Shown here one piece after another: positions 9,816-20,270 of a DNA stretch of 64,000 bases. The notes below the pieces were generated by a model. It saw only the letters and a program-made list of their open reading frames with translations, had not been told where the DNA came from and did no database searches. This stretch comes from Betaproteobacteria bacterium. GTDB taxonomy: Bacteria > Pseudomonadota > Gammaproteobacteria > Burkholderiales > Thiobacteraceae. The DNA lies in contig JAHECG010000005.1 in assembly GCA_024641855.1 (NCBI GenBank), positions 123 to 64,122 of the forward strand. The letters run 5' to 3'. A program made the translations under genes and the position numbers. Every line of letters starts with the position of its first letter. The first letter of the stretch is position 1.

Positions 9816-10679
9816 ATGTTAAATAAACTTGTCATCATCGGTGTTGGCCTGATTGGCGGATCATTCAGCTTGGCGCTGCGTGAAGCGGGTTTGGTGCGCG
9901 AAATCGTCGGCGTTGGTCGTAGCCTGGAGAATCTGAGTGCGGCGCTCGGCACCTATGTGATTGACAGTTCCAGTCAGGATGCGGCGCAAGCTGTGCCTGG
10001 CGCGGACTTGGTATTGCTGGCAGTGCCGGTCGGGCAGATGGGCGAGATCATGGCGGCGATTGCGCCGCATCTGGGCCCTAACACGGTGATCTCGGATGTG
10101 GGCAGCACTAAGCAAGATGTGGCAGCGTTAGCCCGGCAACATTTGGGCGAGCATTTTGTACGTTTCGTTCCAGGGCATCCGATTGCCGGTTCCGAAAGCA
10201 GCGGTGTAAAAGCCGCGCGCGGTGATTTGTTTCGTGAGCGCAATGTCGTATTAACACCACTGGCAGAAACCGACCCAGCAGCGAAAGCATTGCTGACCCG
10301 CCTATGGGAAGCTTGTGGCGCCAATGTGACGGAGATGACGCCGCAGCAACACGACGCTGTATTTGCGGCCGTGAGTCATTTGCCGCATCTGCTGGCGTTT
10401 GCTCTGGTGGACTACATTGCCAACCAAGCCAACGCCGATCAATTGTTTAGTTTTGCCGCTAGCGGCTTCCGCGACTTCACGCGCATCGCTGGCAGTTCGC
10501 CAGAAATGTGGCGCGATATCTGTTTGGCGAATCGTGATGCGCTGTTGCAGCAGATCGATGGTTATGAGCAGGAATTAGCGCGGATCAAAGCGTTTATTGC
10601 TGCGAGCGATGGTGTGAATTTGGCGGAATTATTCGCGCATGCGCGGGATGCACGAAGGCATCACTTAAAAAACATTTAA
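9816..10679 (+). CDS. tyrA: Prephenate dehydrogenase
   Basis: MLNKLVIIGVGLIGGSF is a Rossmann N-terminus, followed by the PDH domain. The track start at 9783 lies inside the repeat arm (MAILASWRL) and is rejected. Confidence 0.88.
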   Translation: MLNKLVIIGVGLIGGSFSLALREAGLVREIVGVGRSLENLSAALGTYVIDSSSQDAAQAVPGADLVLLAVPVGQMGEIMAAIAPHLGPNTVISDVGSTKQDVAALARQHLGEHFVRFVPGHPIAGSESSGVKAARGDLFRERNVVLTPLAETDPAAKALLTRLWEACGANVTEMTPQQHDAVFAAVSHLPHLLAFALVDYIANQANADQLFSFAASGFRDFTRIAGSSPEMWRDICLANRDALLQQIDGYEQELARIKAFIAASDGVNLAELFAHARDARRHHLKNI

Positions 10680-10680
10680 A

Positions 10681-10740
10681 CCACGGAGGATGCAGAGTCA
10701 ATCGAATGACTCTGGTTTTTCCTCCGCGATCTCTGCGGTG
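10681..10740. repeat. Structured intergenic element (CGGAGG/GCAGAG variant) containing a terminator-like hairpin
   Basis: An inner stem cagagtca (10693-10700) / tgactctg (10707-10714) is followed by gttttt. The outer cggagg (10684-10689) can pair with cctccg (10721-10726). gcagag can alternatively pair with ctctgc (10731-10736). Confidence 0.6.
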
Positions 10741-10744
10741 AATC

Positions 10745-12691
10745 ATGGAATTTTTAGATCTTCAACCCATCGCCCATATGGCTGGCACCATCGTGCTACC
10801 GGGCTCAAAAAGCATTTCAAATCGCACCTTGTTGTTGGCGGCGCTGGCCGAAGGTGTGACTGAAGTCAAAGGCCTGTTGGCTTCTGACGATACGAGTCAC
10901 ATGCTCGCGGCCTTGGCGACGCTAGGCGTGCAATGCACGCAACAAGGCGATTCGCGTGACTATCGGGTGCAGGGCGTGGGTGGCGCGTTTCCAGTGAAAC
11001 AAGCGGATTTATTTTTGGGTAATGCCGGAACGGCGTTTCGGCCGCTGACGGCGGCGCTGGCTTTATCGCAAGGGCAATACCGGTTATCCGGCGTGCCGCG
11101 CATGCATGAACGCCCTATCGGCGATTTGGTGGATGCCTTGCGGCAGTTGGGTGCTGATGTGAATTATCTTGGCCAAGACGGCTTCCCGCCCTTGCAGGTC
11201 AATCCGGCGTCCATTCAAGCCGGTGGTCGGGTGCAAATTCGCGGCAATGTGTCGAGCCAATTTTTGACAGCTCTGCTCATGGCATTGCCGTTGACCGGTG
11301 TGACGACCACCGTGGAAGTGGTGGGCGAGTTGATCTCCAAACCGTATATTGAAATCACCCTGAATCTCATGCGGCGTTTTGGCGTCGAAGTGACGCGCAA
11401 CGGCTGGCAGGAGTTTGTGGTGCAGGGCGGCCAGTGCTACCAAAGCCCGGGCGAGATTCATGTCGAAGGCGATGCCTCCAGTGCGTCGTATTTTTTAGCG
11501 GCGGGTGCGATCAGCGGTGGGCCGGTGCGGGTGGAGGGTGTGGGCAAGACCAGTATTCAAGGCGATATTCGTTTTGCCGAGACGCTGGCGGCGATGGGCG
11601 CCACGATTACCATGGGTGATAACTGGGTCGAAGCTTCCAGTACTGGTCGTCTTAAAGCAATCGATGCCGACCTGAATCATATTCCGGATGCAGCGATGAC
11701 CATTGCCGTGGCCGCCTTATTCGCCGACGGTACGACCACCATCCGCAATATCGCGAGTTGGCGTGTCAAGGAAACCGATCGCATTGCTGCCATGGCAACG
11801 GAATTACGCAAGGTGGGCGCCACGGTAGAGGAGGGTGCCGACTATATTCGCGTTACGCCGCCAACAACACTGACGCTGAACGCCCAAATCGATACCTACG
11901 ATGACCACCGGATGGCGATGTGTTTTTCCTTGGTGGCGCTGGGTGGCGTGCCGGTGCGTATCAATGACCCTAAATGTGTGGGAAAAACCTTTCCGACTTA
12001 TTTCCAAGAATTCCAGAAACTGGCGCAATCGAGCATTCCAGTGATTGCCATTGATGGCCCTTCGGCTTCCGGTAAAGGCACGGTGGCGCAACGCGTCGCA
12101 GAGCAGTTGGGCTTTCATTTCTTGGATAGTGGCGCTTTATACCGCTTGGTGGCCCTGGCCGCTCAGCGCAAAGGCGTGGTTTGGGAGGATGAGGCAGGGC
12201 TTGCGAATATTGCCAGCCATCTCGATGTGCGCTTCGAGGCTGGAGAAATTTACTTTGAAAATGAAGTTGTTAGTGATGCAATTCGGCGCGAAGACATCGG
12301 TTTAGGGGCTTCCAAAGTGGCCGCGTTGCCGCAAGTTCGAGCGGCGTTGCTGGGGAGGCAGCGGGCTTTTAAGCAAGCACCGGGCTTGGTCGCCGATGGA
12401 CGGGATATGGGGTCGGTGGTTTTCCCCGATGCTGAGGTAAAGGTTTTTCTGACCGCGAGCGCCGAAGTGCGTGCCGACAGGCGCTATAAACAGTTGATCG
12501 GCAAGGGGATGTCTGCTAGCATAGATACCCTTTTGCAGGATATTCAGGGACGCGATGCGCGCGATAGTCAGCGTAGCGCCGCCCCACTGCAACAGGTTGC
12601 GGATGCGCATTTTTTAGATACCAGCAACCTCAGCATCGAACAAGCGGTGGCTGAGGTGTTGAAGCAGTATCAGGAAAAGCACCGCATATAG
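10745..12691 (+). CDS. aroA: Fusion protein: 3-phosphoshikimate 1-carboxyvinyltransferase (EPSP synthase, about aa 1-430) + cytidylate kinase (about aa 432-648)
   Basis: EPSPS motifs are [10 protein letters not shown] and [12 protein letters not shown] continuous frame then runs into [36 protein letters not shown], the Cmk P-loop and N-terminus. Confidence 0.9.
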   Translation: MEFLDLQPIAHMAGTIVLPGSKSISNRTLLLAALAEGVTEVKGLLASDDTSHMLAALATLGVQCTQQGDSRDYRVQGVGGAFPVKQADLFLGNAGTAFRPLTAALALSQGQYRLSGVPRMHERPIGDLVDALRQLGADVNYLGQDGFPPLQVNPASIQAGGRVQIRGNVSSQFLTALLMALPLTGVTTTVEVVGELISKPYIEITLNLMRRFGVEVTRNGWQEFVVQGGQCYQSPGEIHVEGDASSASYFLAAGAISGGPVRVEGVGKTSIQGDIRFAETLAAMGATITMGDNWVEASSTGRLKAIDADLNHIPDAAMTIAVAALFADGTTTIRNIASWRVKETDRIAAMATELRKVGATVEEGADYIRVTPPTTLTLNAQIDTYDDHRMAMCFSLVALGGVPVRINDPKCVGKTFPTYFQEFQKLAQSSIPVIAIDGPSASGKGTVAQRVAEQLGFHFLDSGALYRLVALAAQRKGVVWEDEAGLANIASHLDVRFEAGEIYFENEVVSDAIRREDIGLGASKVAALPQVRAALLGRQRAFKQAPGLVADGRDMGSVVFPDAEVKVFLTASAEVRADRRYKQLIGKGMSASIDTLLQDIQGRDARDSQRSAAPLQQVADAHFLDTSNLSIEQAVAEVLKQYQEKHRI

Positions 12692-12772
12692 GTGTCACAG
12701 CGAGATCCTTCGAGCTGATGACGTGATAAACGAACTCCTGTCTTCGGACGGGCAACACAAGAGTATTTTCCC

Positions 12773-14500
12773 ATGATGGCAACCTCCCCCTCCCCAGTTT
12801 CCGGCGTCGATAGTTTTGCAGCGCTGTTTGAAGAAAGTTTAGCGCGCCAAGAGATGCGTGCAGGCGAATTAATTACCGCCGAAGTCATCTCTGTCGATAA
12901 CGGCGAAGTCGTCGTCAACGCCGGTCTCAAATCCGAAAGCGTGATCGACGCAAATGAATTCCGTAATGACCGCGGTGAACTCGAAGTCAATGTAGGCGAT
13001 TTCGTGACCGTGGCGATTGAAGCGTTGGAAGACGGCTATGGTTGCACCAAGCTGTCGCGCGAAAAGGCTAAACGTTTGGCTGCCTGGAACGACCTGGAGC
13101 AGGCGATGGAAGGTGGCGTAATCATCAAAGGTATGGTCAGCGGCCGTGTTAAAGGCGGTTTGACGGTGATGGTGAATGGTATTCGCGCGTTCTTGCCGGG
13201 TTCGCTGGTCGATACGCGTCCGGTCAAAGACACCACGCCGTATGAAAACAAAGAACTCGATTTCAAAGTGATCAAGCTCGACAAAAAGCGCAACAACGTT
13301 GTGGTGTCGCGCAAAGCCGTGTTGGAAGCCAGCCAAGGTGCTGAGCGCCAAGCGCTGCTGGAAAATCTCAAAGAAGGCGCCATTATCAAAGGCGTGGTCA
13401 AGAACATCACCGATTACGGCGCGTTCGTGGATCTGGGTGGTATCGATGGCTTGCTGCACATCACCGACCTCGCATGGCGTCGCGTGAAGCATCCGTCCGA
13501 AGTGTTGACGGTGGGCGATGAAGTTGAAGCCAAAGTATTGAAGTTCGATCAAGAGAAAAACCGTGTTTCCTTGGGTATGAAGCAGTTGGGCGACGATCCA
13601 TGGGTGAATATCTCCCGTCGTTACCCACAAGGGACGCGCATGTTCGGTAAAGTTACCAACCTGACCGACTACGGCGCATTCGTTGAAATCGAACCCGGCA
13701 TCGAAGGCTTGGTGCACGTGTCCGAAATGGATTGGACCAACAAGAACGTTCATCCAGCTAAAGTCGTACAGTTAGGCGATGAAGTGGAAGTCATGATTCT
13801 CGAAATCGACGAAGAGCGTCGTCGTATTTCCTTGGGTATGAAACAATGCCAGCCCAATCCATGGGATGAGTTTGCCGCCAACAACAAGAAGGGCGACAAA
13901 GTCAGTGGCCAAATCAAATCCATTACCGACTTCGGTATTTTCGTCGGCTTGCCCGGCGGGATCGATGGCTTGGTGCATTTGTCGGATCTGTCTTGGAGCC
14001 AAACCGGCGAAGAAGCCGTGCGCAAGTTCAAGAAGGGCGATGAAGTCGAAGCCATGGTGTTGGCGATTGATTCCGACAAAGAGCGTATTTCGCTTGGCGT
14101 CAAGCAGTTGGATGGCGACCCGTTCAGTAACTACACTTCGACCTGCGACAAAGGCTCTGTAGTTAAGGGTACGGTCAAGGAACTCGATGCGAAAGGCGCA
14201 ACCATTACGCTGGATGGTGATGTCGAAGGTTATTTGCGTGCTTCCGAAGTTTCGCGTGACCGCGTAGAAGACATCCGCACCCACTTGAAGGAAGGCGATG
14301 AAGTGGAAGCGATGATCATCAGCGTGGATCGTAAGAACCGCAGCATCAGTCTGTCGATCAAAGCCAAAGATGCTTCCGAGGCTTCCGATGCAATGCAGAA
14401 GATGGCGACGGATCACTCGGCCGGCAGCGCAGGTACCACCAACTTGGGCGCTTTATTGAAAGCTAAGATGGATACCAAAAAAACCGAGCAATCGGAATAA
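12773..14500 (+). CDS. rpsA: 30S ribosomal protein S1
   Basis: 575 aa with six S1 repeats ([10 protein letters not shown]..., [26 protein letters not shown]). Confidence 0.97.
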   Translation: MMATSPSPVSGVDSFAALFEESLARQEMRAGELITAEVISVDNGEVVVNAGLKSESVIDANEFRNDRGELEVNVGDFVTVAIEALEDGYGCTKLSREKAKRLAAWNDLEQAMEGGVIIKGMVSGRVKGGLTVMVNGIRAFLPGSLVDTRPVKDTTPYENKELDFKVIKLDKKRNNVVVSRKAVLEASQGAERQALLENLKEGAIIKGVVKNITDYGAFVDLGGIDGLLHITDLAWRRVKHPSEVLTVGDEVEAKVLKFDQEKNRVSLGMKQLGDDPWVNISRRYPQGTRMFGKVTNLTDYGAFVEIEPGIEGLVHVSEMDWTNKNVHPAKVVQLGDEVEVMILEIDEERRRISLGMKQCQPNPWDEFAANNKKGDKVSGQIKSITDFGIFVGLPGGIDGLVHLSDLSWSQTGEEAVRKFKKGDEVEAMVLAIDSDKERISLGVKQLDGDPFSNYTSTCDKGSVVKGTVKELDAKGATITLDGDVEGYLRASEVSRDRVEDIRTHLKEGDEVEAMIISVDRKNRSISLSIKAKDASEASDAMQKMATDHSAGSAGTTNLGALLKAKMDTKKTEQSE

Positions 14501-14525
14501 TTAATTAAGTCTAAGGGAGCGATCC

Positions 14526-14834
14526 ATGACCAAATCGGAACTCATTTTACGGCTGTCAGCACGCTATCCACAGCTGGTATCCAAAGATGCAGAACTGGCG
14601 GTTAAGACGATATTGGATGCCATGGGTAAGAGCTTGGCACAAGGTCAACGTATCGAAATTCGCGGCTTCGGTAGTTTCAGTTTGAACTATCGTCCACCGC
14701 GTATCGGACGCAACCCTAAAACCGGCGGTCGGGTTGAAGTGCCGGCGAAATATGTTCCGCACTTCAAAGCCGGAAAGGAACTGCGGGATCGGGTTGACCA
14801 TGTAATCGGTGCTGAGACCGCTCCTGCCGAGTAA
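14526..14834 (+). CDS. ihfB: Integration host factor subunit beta
   Basis: [11 protein letters not shown]...[32 protein letters not shown] Shine-Dalgarno lies upstream. Confidence 0.95.
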   Translation: MTKSELILRLSARYPQLVSKDAELAVKTILDAMGKSLAQGQRIEIRGFGSFSLNYRPPRIGRNPKTGGRVEVPAKYVPHFKAGKELRDRVDHVIGAETAPAE

Positions 14835-14859
14835 TCGGCTCTAGGTTTTAAGTATCTAT

Positions 14860-14896
14860 GGCGGCAGCGTCTTGCGATGGTGCCGCCTTTTTTTTG
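14860..14896 (+). terminator. Rho-independent terminator after ihfB
   Basis: ggcggca (14860-14866) pairs with tgccgcc (14881-14887), followed by T8. Confidence 0.8.
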
Positions 14897-15003
14897 CTGT
14901 CGGATCGATAGGGCGTGGCCAGGAATGATTGAGAAAGATCGGTGCCTCCTGAAGACGACCCAAATTGATGTGAGATGAATCAAGTGCAAGGACTTTTTAT
15001 TTC

Positions 15004-15285
15004 ATGAAACGATCGCTGCTTCGATTTGTTACCCCTATTCTTGGTCTCGCGCTTTTCCTGGCCGGGGTTGGCTTTGCGGTTAAAAATAGTGGTTCGGTTA
15101 CCTTGCATTATTATTTGGGGGTGGTTTGGAAAGCACCGCTGGCGGTCGTATTATTTAGTGCATTTGTGTTAGGTGCGATAGCGGGTGTGGCGGCAAGTTT
15201 CAGTTATGTTTATCGACAGCGTCGTGAAATTCTCAGCTTAAAACGGGAGCGGCGTAACCGCGTCCGGACAAAATCGGAAGAATAA
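15004..15285 (+). CDS. lapA: Lipopolysaccharide assembly protein LapA (YciS-like)
   Basis: 93 aa with two TM helices. It sits immediately upstream of lapB and pyrF, as in enterics. Confidence 0.75.
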   Translation: MKRSLLRFVTPILGLALFLAGVGFAVKNSGSVTLHYYLGVVWKAPLAVVLFSAFVLGAIAGVAASFSYVYRQRREILSLKRERRNRVRTKSEE

Positions 15286-15293
15286 CTCTCGCA

Positions 15294-16463
15294 ATGGAAT
15301 TCGAATTTTGGTGGTTGTTGGTGTTCCCCTTGTTTTTTGGGTTGGGCTGGCTCGCCGCGCGCATAGACATTCGGCATATTGTTTCGCAATCGAAGCAATT
15401 GCCGGAGTCCTATTTCAAGGGGTTGAACTTCCTGCTCAACCAGCAACCGGATAAAGCGATTGAAGCCTTCACCGAAGCAGCAAAAGCGAATGCTGAAACG
15501 GTCGAACTCCACTTTACGTTAGGGGGCTTATTTCGACGACGCGGCGAAGTGGATCGTGCCATTCACTTGCATCAAGCGCTAGTGGATCGGCCTGACCTCG
15601 GGCGCGAACAGCGTTTGGTCGCGCAATTTGAATTGGGGCAGGATTTTCTGAAGGCCGGATTATTGGATCGGGCAGAAGCGTTGTTCAGAGCGCTGGAGAA
15701 TACGCTTTATAACGAACAAGCTTTACGTGCGCTGATGGAAATCTATGTGCAGGAGAAAGAGTGGCTGCAAGCGATTGCAATTGCACAACGGTTGGGCACA
15801 TTATCTAGTCACCCTTATCAAATTGAAACGACACATTTCTTGTGTGAACTCGCTACAGGTGAGGCCGTCTCGGGTAACTATGTGGCTGCGCGCAAGTATC
15901 TGGAAGAAGCCCTAACGCTTAATCGACGCAGTGTGCGGGCAAATATTTTGTTGGGTGATTTTGCGGCGGCCGAAAATCAGCATGAGGAAGCGTTGTTGAT
16001 TTGGCGGCGTGTTGAAGCGCAGCAACCAACGTACTTAGCGCTGGTGGCGGCCAAATTATTAGCCTCGTTTAAAGCTTTGGATCGGGCTAGCGAAGGTTTG
16101 ATCTTGCTAAAGCATTATTTGACGAATTACGCTTCGATTGATTTGCTCAATATTGTGTACCAAGCGACGTTGGAGTTAGAGGGACTGGAAGCGGCAAATC
16201 AGTTGGTACGGGAGGAATTGCGACGTCATCCAACCCTGCAGGGATTTGAGAAATTGCTCGAAGCGTTGTTGTTTGAAGTGCCCGCTGAAAAGCGCCAGGA
16301 CATTCAGCTTTTTAAAGCGTTAATTCATCAGCACAGCCAACGCCTGGCCTACTACCAATGCGAAGCTTGCGGGTTTAAGGCGCGGCAGTTTTTCTGGCGC
16401 TGCCCGGCGTGTGTTGCCTGGGAAACAACGCCGCCACGGCGAATAGAAGAGAGCGCTGCATGA
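15294..16463 (+). CDS. lapB: Lipopolysaccharide assembly protein LapB (YciM)
   Basis: N-terminal TM helix, TPR repeats and a C-terminal rubredoxin-like [20 protein letters not shown]. Confidence 0.9.
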   Translation: MEFEFWWLLVFPLFFGLGWLAARIDIRHIVSQSKQLPESYFKGLNFLLNQQPDKAIEAFTEAAKANAETVELHFTLGGLFRRRGEVDRAIHLHQALVDRPDLGREQRLVAQFELGQDFLKAGLLDRAEALFRALENTLYNEQALRALMEIYVQEKEWLQAIAIAQRLGTLSSHPYQIETTHFLCELATGEAVSGNYVAARKYLEEALTLNRRSVRANILLGDFAAAENQHEEALLIWRRVEAQQPTYLALVAAKLLASFKALDRASEGLILLKHYLTNYASIDLLNIVYQATLELEGLEAANQLVREELRRHPTLQGFEKLLEALLFEVPAEKRQDIQLFKALIHQHSQRLAYYQCEACGFKARQFFWRCPACVAWETTPPRRIEESAA

Positions 16464-17158
16464 GCGATTCACGCATTATTATTGCCCTGGATTTTGCTAC
16501 GTCTCAAGCTGCGCAAAATTTGGTGGAGCGTCTGGATCCAGCACGCTGCAAGCTGAAGGTGGGAAAAGAATTGTTCGTGGCTGCTGGGCCAGATTATGTC
16601 GCGTCTTTGGTTGATCGCGGCTATGACGTGTTTCTTGATCTCAAATTCCATGATATTCCGAACACCGTGGCCGCTGCCTGTCGTGCCGCCGCACAGCTCG
16701 GAGTGTGGATGATGAATGTGCATGCCCTTGGCGGGCGTGCGATGTTGGAAGCGGCCCGTGAGGCCCTGGAAAACGCACCTTCACGCCCTAAATTAATCGC
16801 GGTCACCTTGCTGACCAGTCTTCAAGATGCCGATCTCGCGGAAGTTGGGATTGTTGGCAATACGCAGCAAGCCGTTACACGTTTGTCCGGATTAGTCCAG
16901 GATTGTGGGTTAGATGGTGTAGTTTGTTCGGCACGCGAGGTCAGTGCCTTGCGGCGTGAGCGTGGGAGTGAATTTGTATTGGTTACGCCGGGGATTCGAC
17001 CGATACAGGCCGAACGCGGGGATCAGGCCCGTATTGCGACGCCCCGAGAGGCTATACAAAATGGCTCGAGTTATTTGGTAATTGGCCGTCCTATCACCCA
17101 AGCAGCGGATCCACTGGCAGCTTTGGAATCGGTGTTAAATGAAATCGATTCAATTTAA
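16460..17158 (+). CDS. pyrF: Orotidine 5'-phosphate decarboxylase
   Basis: [12 protein letters not shown]...[10 protein letters not shown]. The ATG at 16460 overlaps the lapB stop (ATGA). The track start at 16409 is rejected. Confidence 0.93.
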   Translation: MSDSRIIIALDFATSQAAQNLVERLDPARCKLKVGKELFVAAGPDYVASLVDRGYDVFLDLKFHDIPNTVAAACRAAAQLGVWMMNVHALGGRAMLEAAREALENAPSRPKLIAVTLLTSLQDADLAEVGIVGNTQQAVTRLSGLVQDCGLDGVVCSAREVSALRRERGSEFVLVTPGIRPIQAERGDQARIATPREAIQNGSSYLVIGRPITQAADPLAALESVLNEIDSI

Positions 17159-17193
17159 GCTAGGGCCGCATAACGATGAGAAAGCATTGATCG

Positions 17194-18114
17194 ATGGTGT
17201 CTGAACTTTCCACAGTACGGGTGTTGGTGGTCGGGGATGTGATGTTGGATCGCTATTGGTTCGGCGAGGTCAGCCGAATTTCACCCGAAGCACCAGTGCC
17301 GGTGGTGCGTGTGAATCGCATTGAAGAACGTCCTGGCGGTGCCGCCAATGTGGCGCGTAACATTGCGGCACTTTCAGCAAAAGCTGCCTTGCTATCGGTA
17401 ACCGGCGACGATGAGGCCGGCACACGGATTGCACAATTGATGCAGGAAGACGGCGTTGCGGCGCAACTGCATCGCGACGCCAGCATTGCCACCACCATCA
17501 AGCTGCGAGTTATTGGACGCCAGCAACAATTGCTGCGTATCGATTTCGAGACTACGCCCAGCCACGAAATTCTCGCTGCCAAACTTGCCGACTACGAGCG
17601 CAAATTGCCGGATTGCGATGTGGTGGTTTTGTCCGATTATGGCAAGGGTGGCTTGACGCATATCACACGTATGATTGAAATGGCGAATGCCGCAGGTAAG
17701 CCAGTCTTGGTCGATCCCAAGGGCGATGACTATTCCCGCTATCGCAATGCCACCTTATTGACGCCGAATCGCGTGGAATTTCGAGAGGTAGCAGGCAGCT
17801 GGAAAAATGAGGAAGAGTTAACGCGCAAAGCGGAAGCTTTACGCCAAGAGTTAGGACTACAAGGACTGTTGGTGACACGCAGCGAAGAGGGGATGACCTT
17901 GTATCGCGCAGGTGAACGGCTACATGAACTCACACAAGCGCGTGAAGTTTTCGATGTCTCGGGTGCAGGTGATACGGTGATTGCGACCTTGGCGGTAATG
18001 TTGGGTTGTGGCGCGGAAATGAGTGAAGCCGTGCGCATGGCGAATCGAGCCGCCGGTATTGTTGTCGGCAAGCTCGGTACGGCGGTTGTGAATCGCGAAG
18101 AATTGTTTGGCTAA
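17194..18114 (+). CDS. hldA: D-glycero-beta-D-manno-heptose-7-phosphate kinase (RfaE domain I only, PfkB family)
   Basis: 306 aa (VLVVGDVMLDRYW, DVSGAGDTVIA). There is no adenylyltransferase domain. Confidence 0.85.
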   Translation: MVSELSTVRVLVVGDVMLDRYWFGEVSRISPEAPVPVVRVNRIEERPGGAANVARNIAALSAKAALLSVTGDDEAGTRIAQLMQEDGVAAQLHRDASIATTIKLRVIGRQQQLLRIDFETTPSHEILAAKLADYERKLPDCDVVVLSDYGKGGLTHITRMIEMANAAGKPVLVDPKGDDYSRYRNATLLTPNRVEFREVAGSWKNEEELTRKAEALRQELGLQGLLVTRSEEGMTLYRAGERLHELTQAREVFDVSGAGDTVIATLAVMLGCGAEMSEAVRMANRAAGIVVGKLGTAVVNREELFG

Positions 18115-18164
18115 CGCATAAGCAGTTTGTGCGTCGAAGCCGAAAACGTTAAAGGAGAATATGC

Positions 18165-19163
18165 ATGTATCACATTGTCACCGGTGCAGCCGGTTTTATC
18201 GGTGCGAATATTGTGAAAGCACTCAACGAGCGCGGTGAGACCAATATCATTTGCGTCGATAATCTGAGTAAGGCTGATAAATTTAAAAATTTGGTGGATT
18301 GTGAAATAGCCGATTATCTGGATAAAGAGGATTTCATTGAATTACTGCTTGATGATGCCTGGGAGGGTGAAATCGCAGCAATCTTTCATGAAGGCGCCTG
18401 CTCCGACACCATGGAGACCGATGGGCGCTATATGATGGATAATAATTATCGTTACACGGTCACGTTGTTCGATTATTGTCAGACAGAAGAAGTCCCGTTG
18501 TTGTACGCCTCGTCGGCCAGTGTTTATGGCGGAGGCTCAATTTTTAAAGAAGATCGTGCGCATGAAGGCCCGTTGAATGTGTATGGCTACTCTAAATTTT
18601 TATTCGATCAATATTTGCGTCGCCAGTGGAATCATTTAACGTCACAAGTCGTTGGTTTCCGCTATTTCAACGTGTATGGCCCACGTGAGCAGCACAAGGG
18701 CCGTATGGCCTCTGTCTCCTTCCATTTATTTAATCAATACATGGCGACGGGTAAAGTGCGCTTATTCGAGGGGATCGATGGTTATGCGAACGGCGAACAA
18801 AGTCGCGACTTTATTTCGATTGAGGATGTGGTAAAAGTAAACTTGTATTTTCTAGATCATCCAGACCAGTCAGGTATTTTTAATGTCGGTACGGGGCGTT
18901 CTCAACCCTTCAATGATGTTGCGGTAGCCACCGTCAACGCTTGCCGTATCGCCAAACAAGAGCCTGTGCTGAGTTTGGCGCAAATGGTGGCGCAGGGCAT
19001 TCTGGAATATATCGATTTCCCGGAAGCTCTTAAAGGTAAGTATCAAAATTTTACCCAAGCCGATATTTCTAATTTACGTGCAGCTGGTTACGATGCTCCT
19101 TTTCTAACAGTGGAAGAAGGTTGCATGCGTTACGTTCGTCATTTGTCGCAGCAATCGGTTTAA
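18165..19163 (+). CDS. hldD: ADP-L-glycero-D-manno-heptose 6-epimerase
   Basis: [21 protein letters not shown]..., [11 protein letters not shown]. An AAAGGAG Shine-Dalgarno lies upstream. Confidence 0.93.
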   Translation: MYHIVTGAAGFIGANIVKALNERGETNIICVDNLSKADKFKNLVDCEIADYLDKEDFIELLLDDAWEGEIAAIFHEGACSDTMETDGRYMMDNNYRYTVTLFDYCQTEEVPLLYASSASVYGGGSIFKEDRAHEGPLNVYGYSKFLFDQYLRRQWNHLTSQVVGFRYFNVYGPREQHKGRMASVSFHLFNQYMATGKVRLFEGIDGYANGEQSRDFISIEDVVKVNLYFLDHPDQSGIFNVGTGRSQPFNDVAVATVNACRIAKQEPVLSLAQMVAQGILEYIDFPEALKGKYQNFTQADISNLRAAGYDAPFLTVEEGCMRYVRHLSQQSV

Positions 19164-19179
19164 TTTAGGAGCTAGCGCT

Positions 19180-19410
19180 ATGCCATATTACGTTTATAAA
19201 ATTGACAGCTTTCCGATTCGACAGTTAGCCTATTTGGCGCATTTCGACTCTTTTAAAGAGGCGAGTACTGAAGCAAAAAACCGTCGTTCGACTGAGAATC
19301 TTAGCGACGGACAAATCGTTAAAGTGATTTTCGCGGAATCCGAATTAGAGGCTGAAGATTTATTGTCCCAAGTGCGGCCCGTGCCACCGACCACTGGCGA
19401 GGATTTTTAG
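19180..19410 (+). CDS. Small hypothetical protein (76 aa)
   Basis: The ORF is spaced 16 nt after hldD. I recognise no motif. Confidence 0.45.
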   Translation: MPYYVYKIDSFPIRQLAYLAHFDSFKEASTEAKNRRSTENLSDGQIVKVIFAESELEAEDLLSQVRPVPPTTGEDF

Positions 19411-19424
19411 CGGCCCGCAAATTT

Positions 19425-19871
19425 ATGCTGGACGAAAATGCATATCGCGATACTTATAACTCGGTAAATCCGCTGCAGTGCGTATTTGAACGCGCTATTC
19501 TGCGTCGCTGCTGTGGTTGTCAACAAACAATTCGTCGCAACATTGCCGAGCGTGAAGCTGCTGGTTGTCTATCGGCTAATGCGCATGCCCTTTGCACCGA
19601 ACTAAAAAAACAAATGCGGCACGCGGCTGCATTTACCCTCAAGCTGACGCATCCAGATGCACCCTTACCGCATGGCAAACAATTGAAATTGCAATGCGGC
19701 GGATTGTTGGGAATCGCGCAACTCATGGGTGAAAATGAGCTAACCGAAGTGGCTGATATTTATGCAGCGTTATCGGCTGCAATCGAAAAGTATGGTTGCT
19801 TGGAGCAGCTACCTTATCAGGAAATCATTCAAGCGATCCGTGCTTACGAGCCGCGTAGTCATCGTAAATAA
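19425..19871 (+). CDS. Hypothetical Cys-rich protein (148 aa)
   Basis: The ORF is spaced 14 nt after the previous one. It has a cysteine cluster, CVFERAILRRCCGC. I recognise no family. Confidence 0.45.
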   Translation: MLDENAYRDTYNSVNPLQCVFERAILRRCCGCQQTIRRNIAEREAAGCLSANAHALCTELKKQMRHAAAFTLKLTHPDAPLPHGKQLKLQCGGLLGIAQLMGENELTEVADIYAALSAAIEKYGCLEQLPYQEIIQAIRAYEPRSHRK

Positions 19872-19874
19872 AGG

Positions 19875-20270
19875 CTATTGACGCGCTTTTCGTCTATCTT
19901 CGCCTTTACGCCGCTCATCCCCAACCGCAATGAGTGCCGCATGGCACATCGATTGTGCGAAGTGTGTGATGATGTTATCAAAACGCGCGACTTCCTCGCC
20001 ATTATTGTGTAGCACCGTTATCGTCGTGCCACGCTCATCCATCACAATTTCAACGCTAAAACCGAGGCGCCGTAACTGCATTGCGACAGTCATTGCTGCG
20101 CCTACGCTCGTACAATAATTCGGTACTAAATTTTCAGCGCGGGCGGCAGCATCGTGGTTTGAGGCAGTGTATGGCTTATTGTCAGCCCAAATAATCGTTT
20201 CCTGCATGACTTTTTCAGCGACGCGTGCATCTAACGCACGTTCTTGTTGGTGGGTGATGATGGGTTCCAT
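19875..20270 (-). CDS. Hypothetical protein resembling the phage ABA-sandwich domain family
   Basis: The ATG at 20270 has a GAGGA Shine-Dalgarno 6 nt upstream. The pattern LDARVAEKVMQ ... VPNYCTSVGAAMTVAMQL ... MCHAALIAVG resembles that family as I recall it. The C-terminus is basic. Confidence 0.45.
   Translation of the reverse strand: MEPIITHQQERALDARVAEKVMQETIIWADNKPYTASNHDAAARAENLVPNYCTSVGAAMTVAMQLRRLGFSVEIVMDERGTTITVLHNNGEEVARFDNIITHFAQSMCHAALIAVGDERRKGEDRRKARQ

Noticed and set aside
9713-9952. ORFs whose ends read ...LASWR(F/L)...: 9713..9952(-), the 9783 start of tyrA, 50009..50200(-) and 56600..56803(+).
   Set aside because: The shared peptide is simply the translation of the CTTGGCGTCTTGGCGG repeat arms. 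The ORFs are artefacts of the palindromic elements.
12869-14416. Long antisense ORFs inside rpsA (12869..13753, 294 aa; 13772..14416, 214 aa). Similar ones lie opposite serC (4422..5051), pheA/hisC (7051..7683), mutS (47679..48227, 49132..49704), hscA (several) and fliC (56707..57381, 224 aa).
   Set aside because: Each lies entirely within, and opposite to, a gene with unmistakable homology. Their translations are low-complexity (Arg/His/Ala-rich or Ser/Ala-rich) with no motifs. These are typical shadow ORFs of GC-biased coding sequence.
17194-18114. Is hldA a truncated pseudogene of the bifunctional HldE?
   Set aside because: The 306-aa kinase domain is complete and ends cleanly, 50 nt before a well-formed hldD start. 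Split hldA/hldC arrangements are known in other bacteria.
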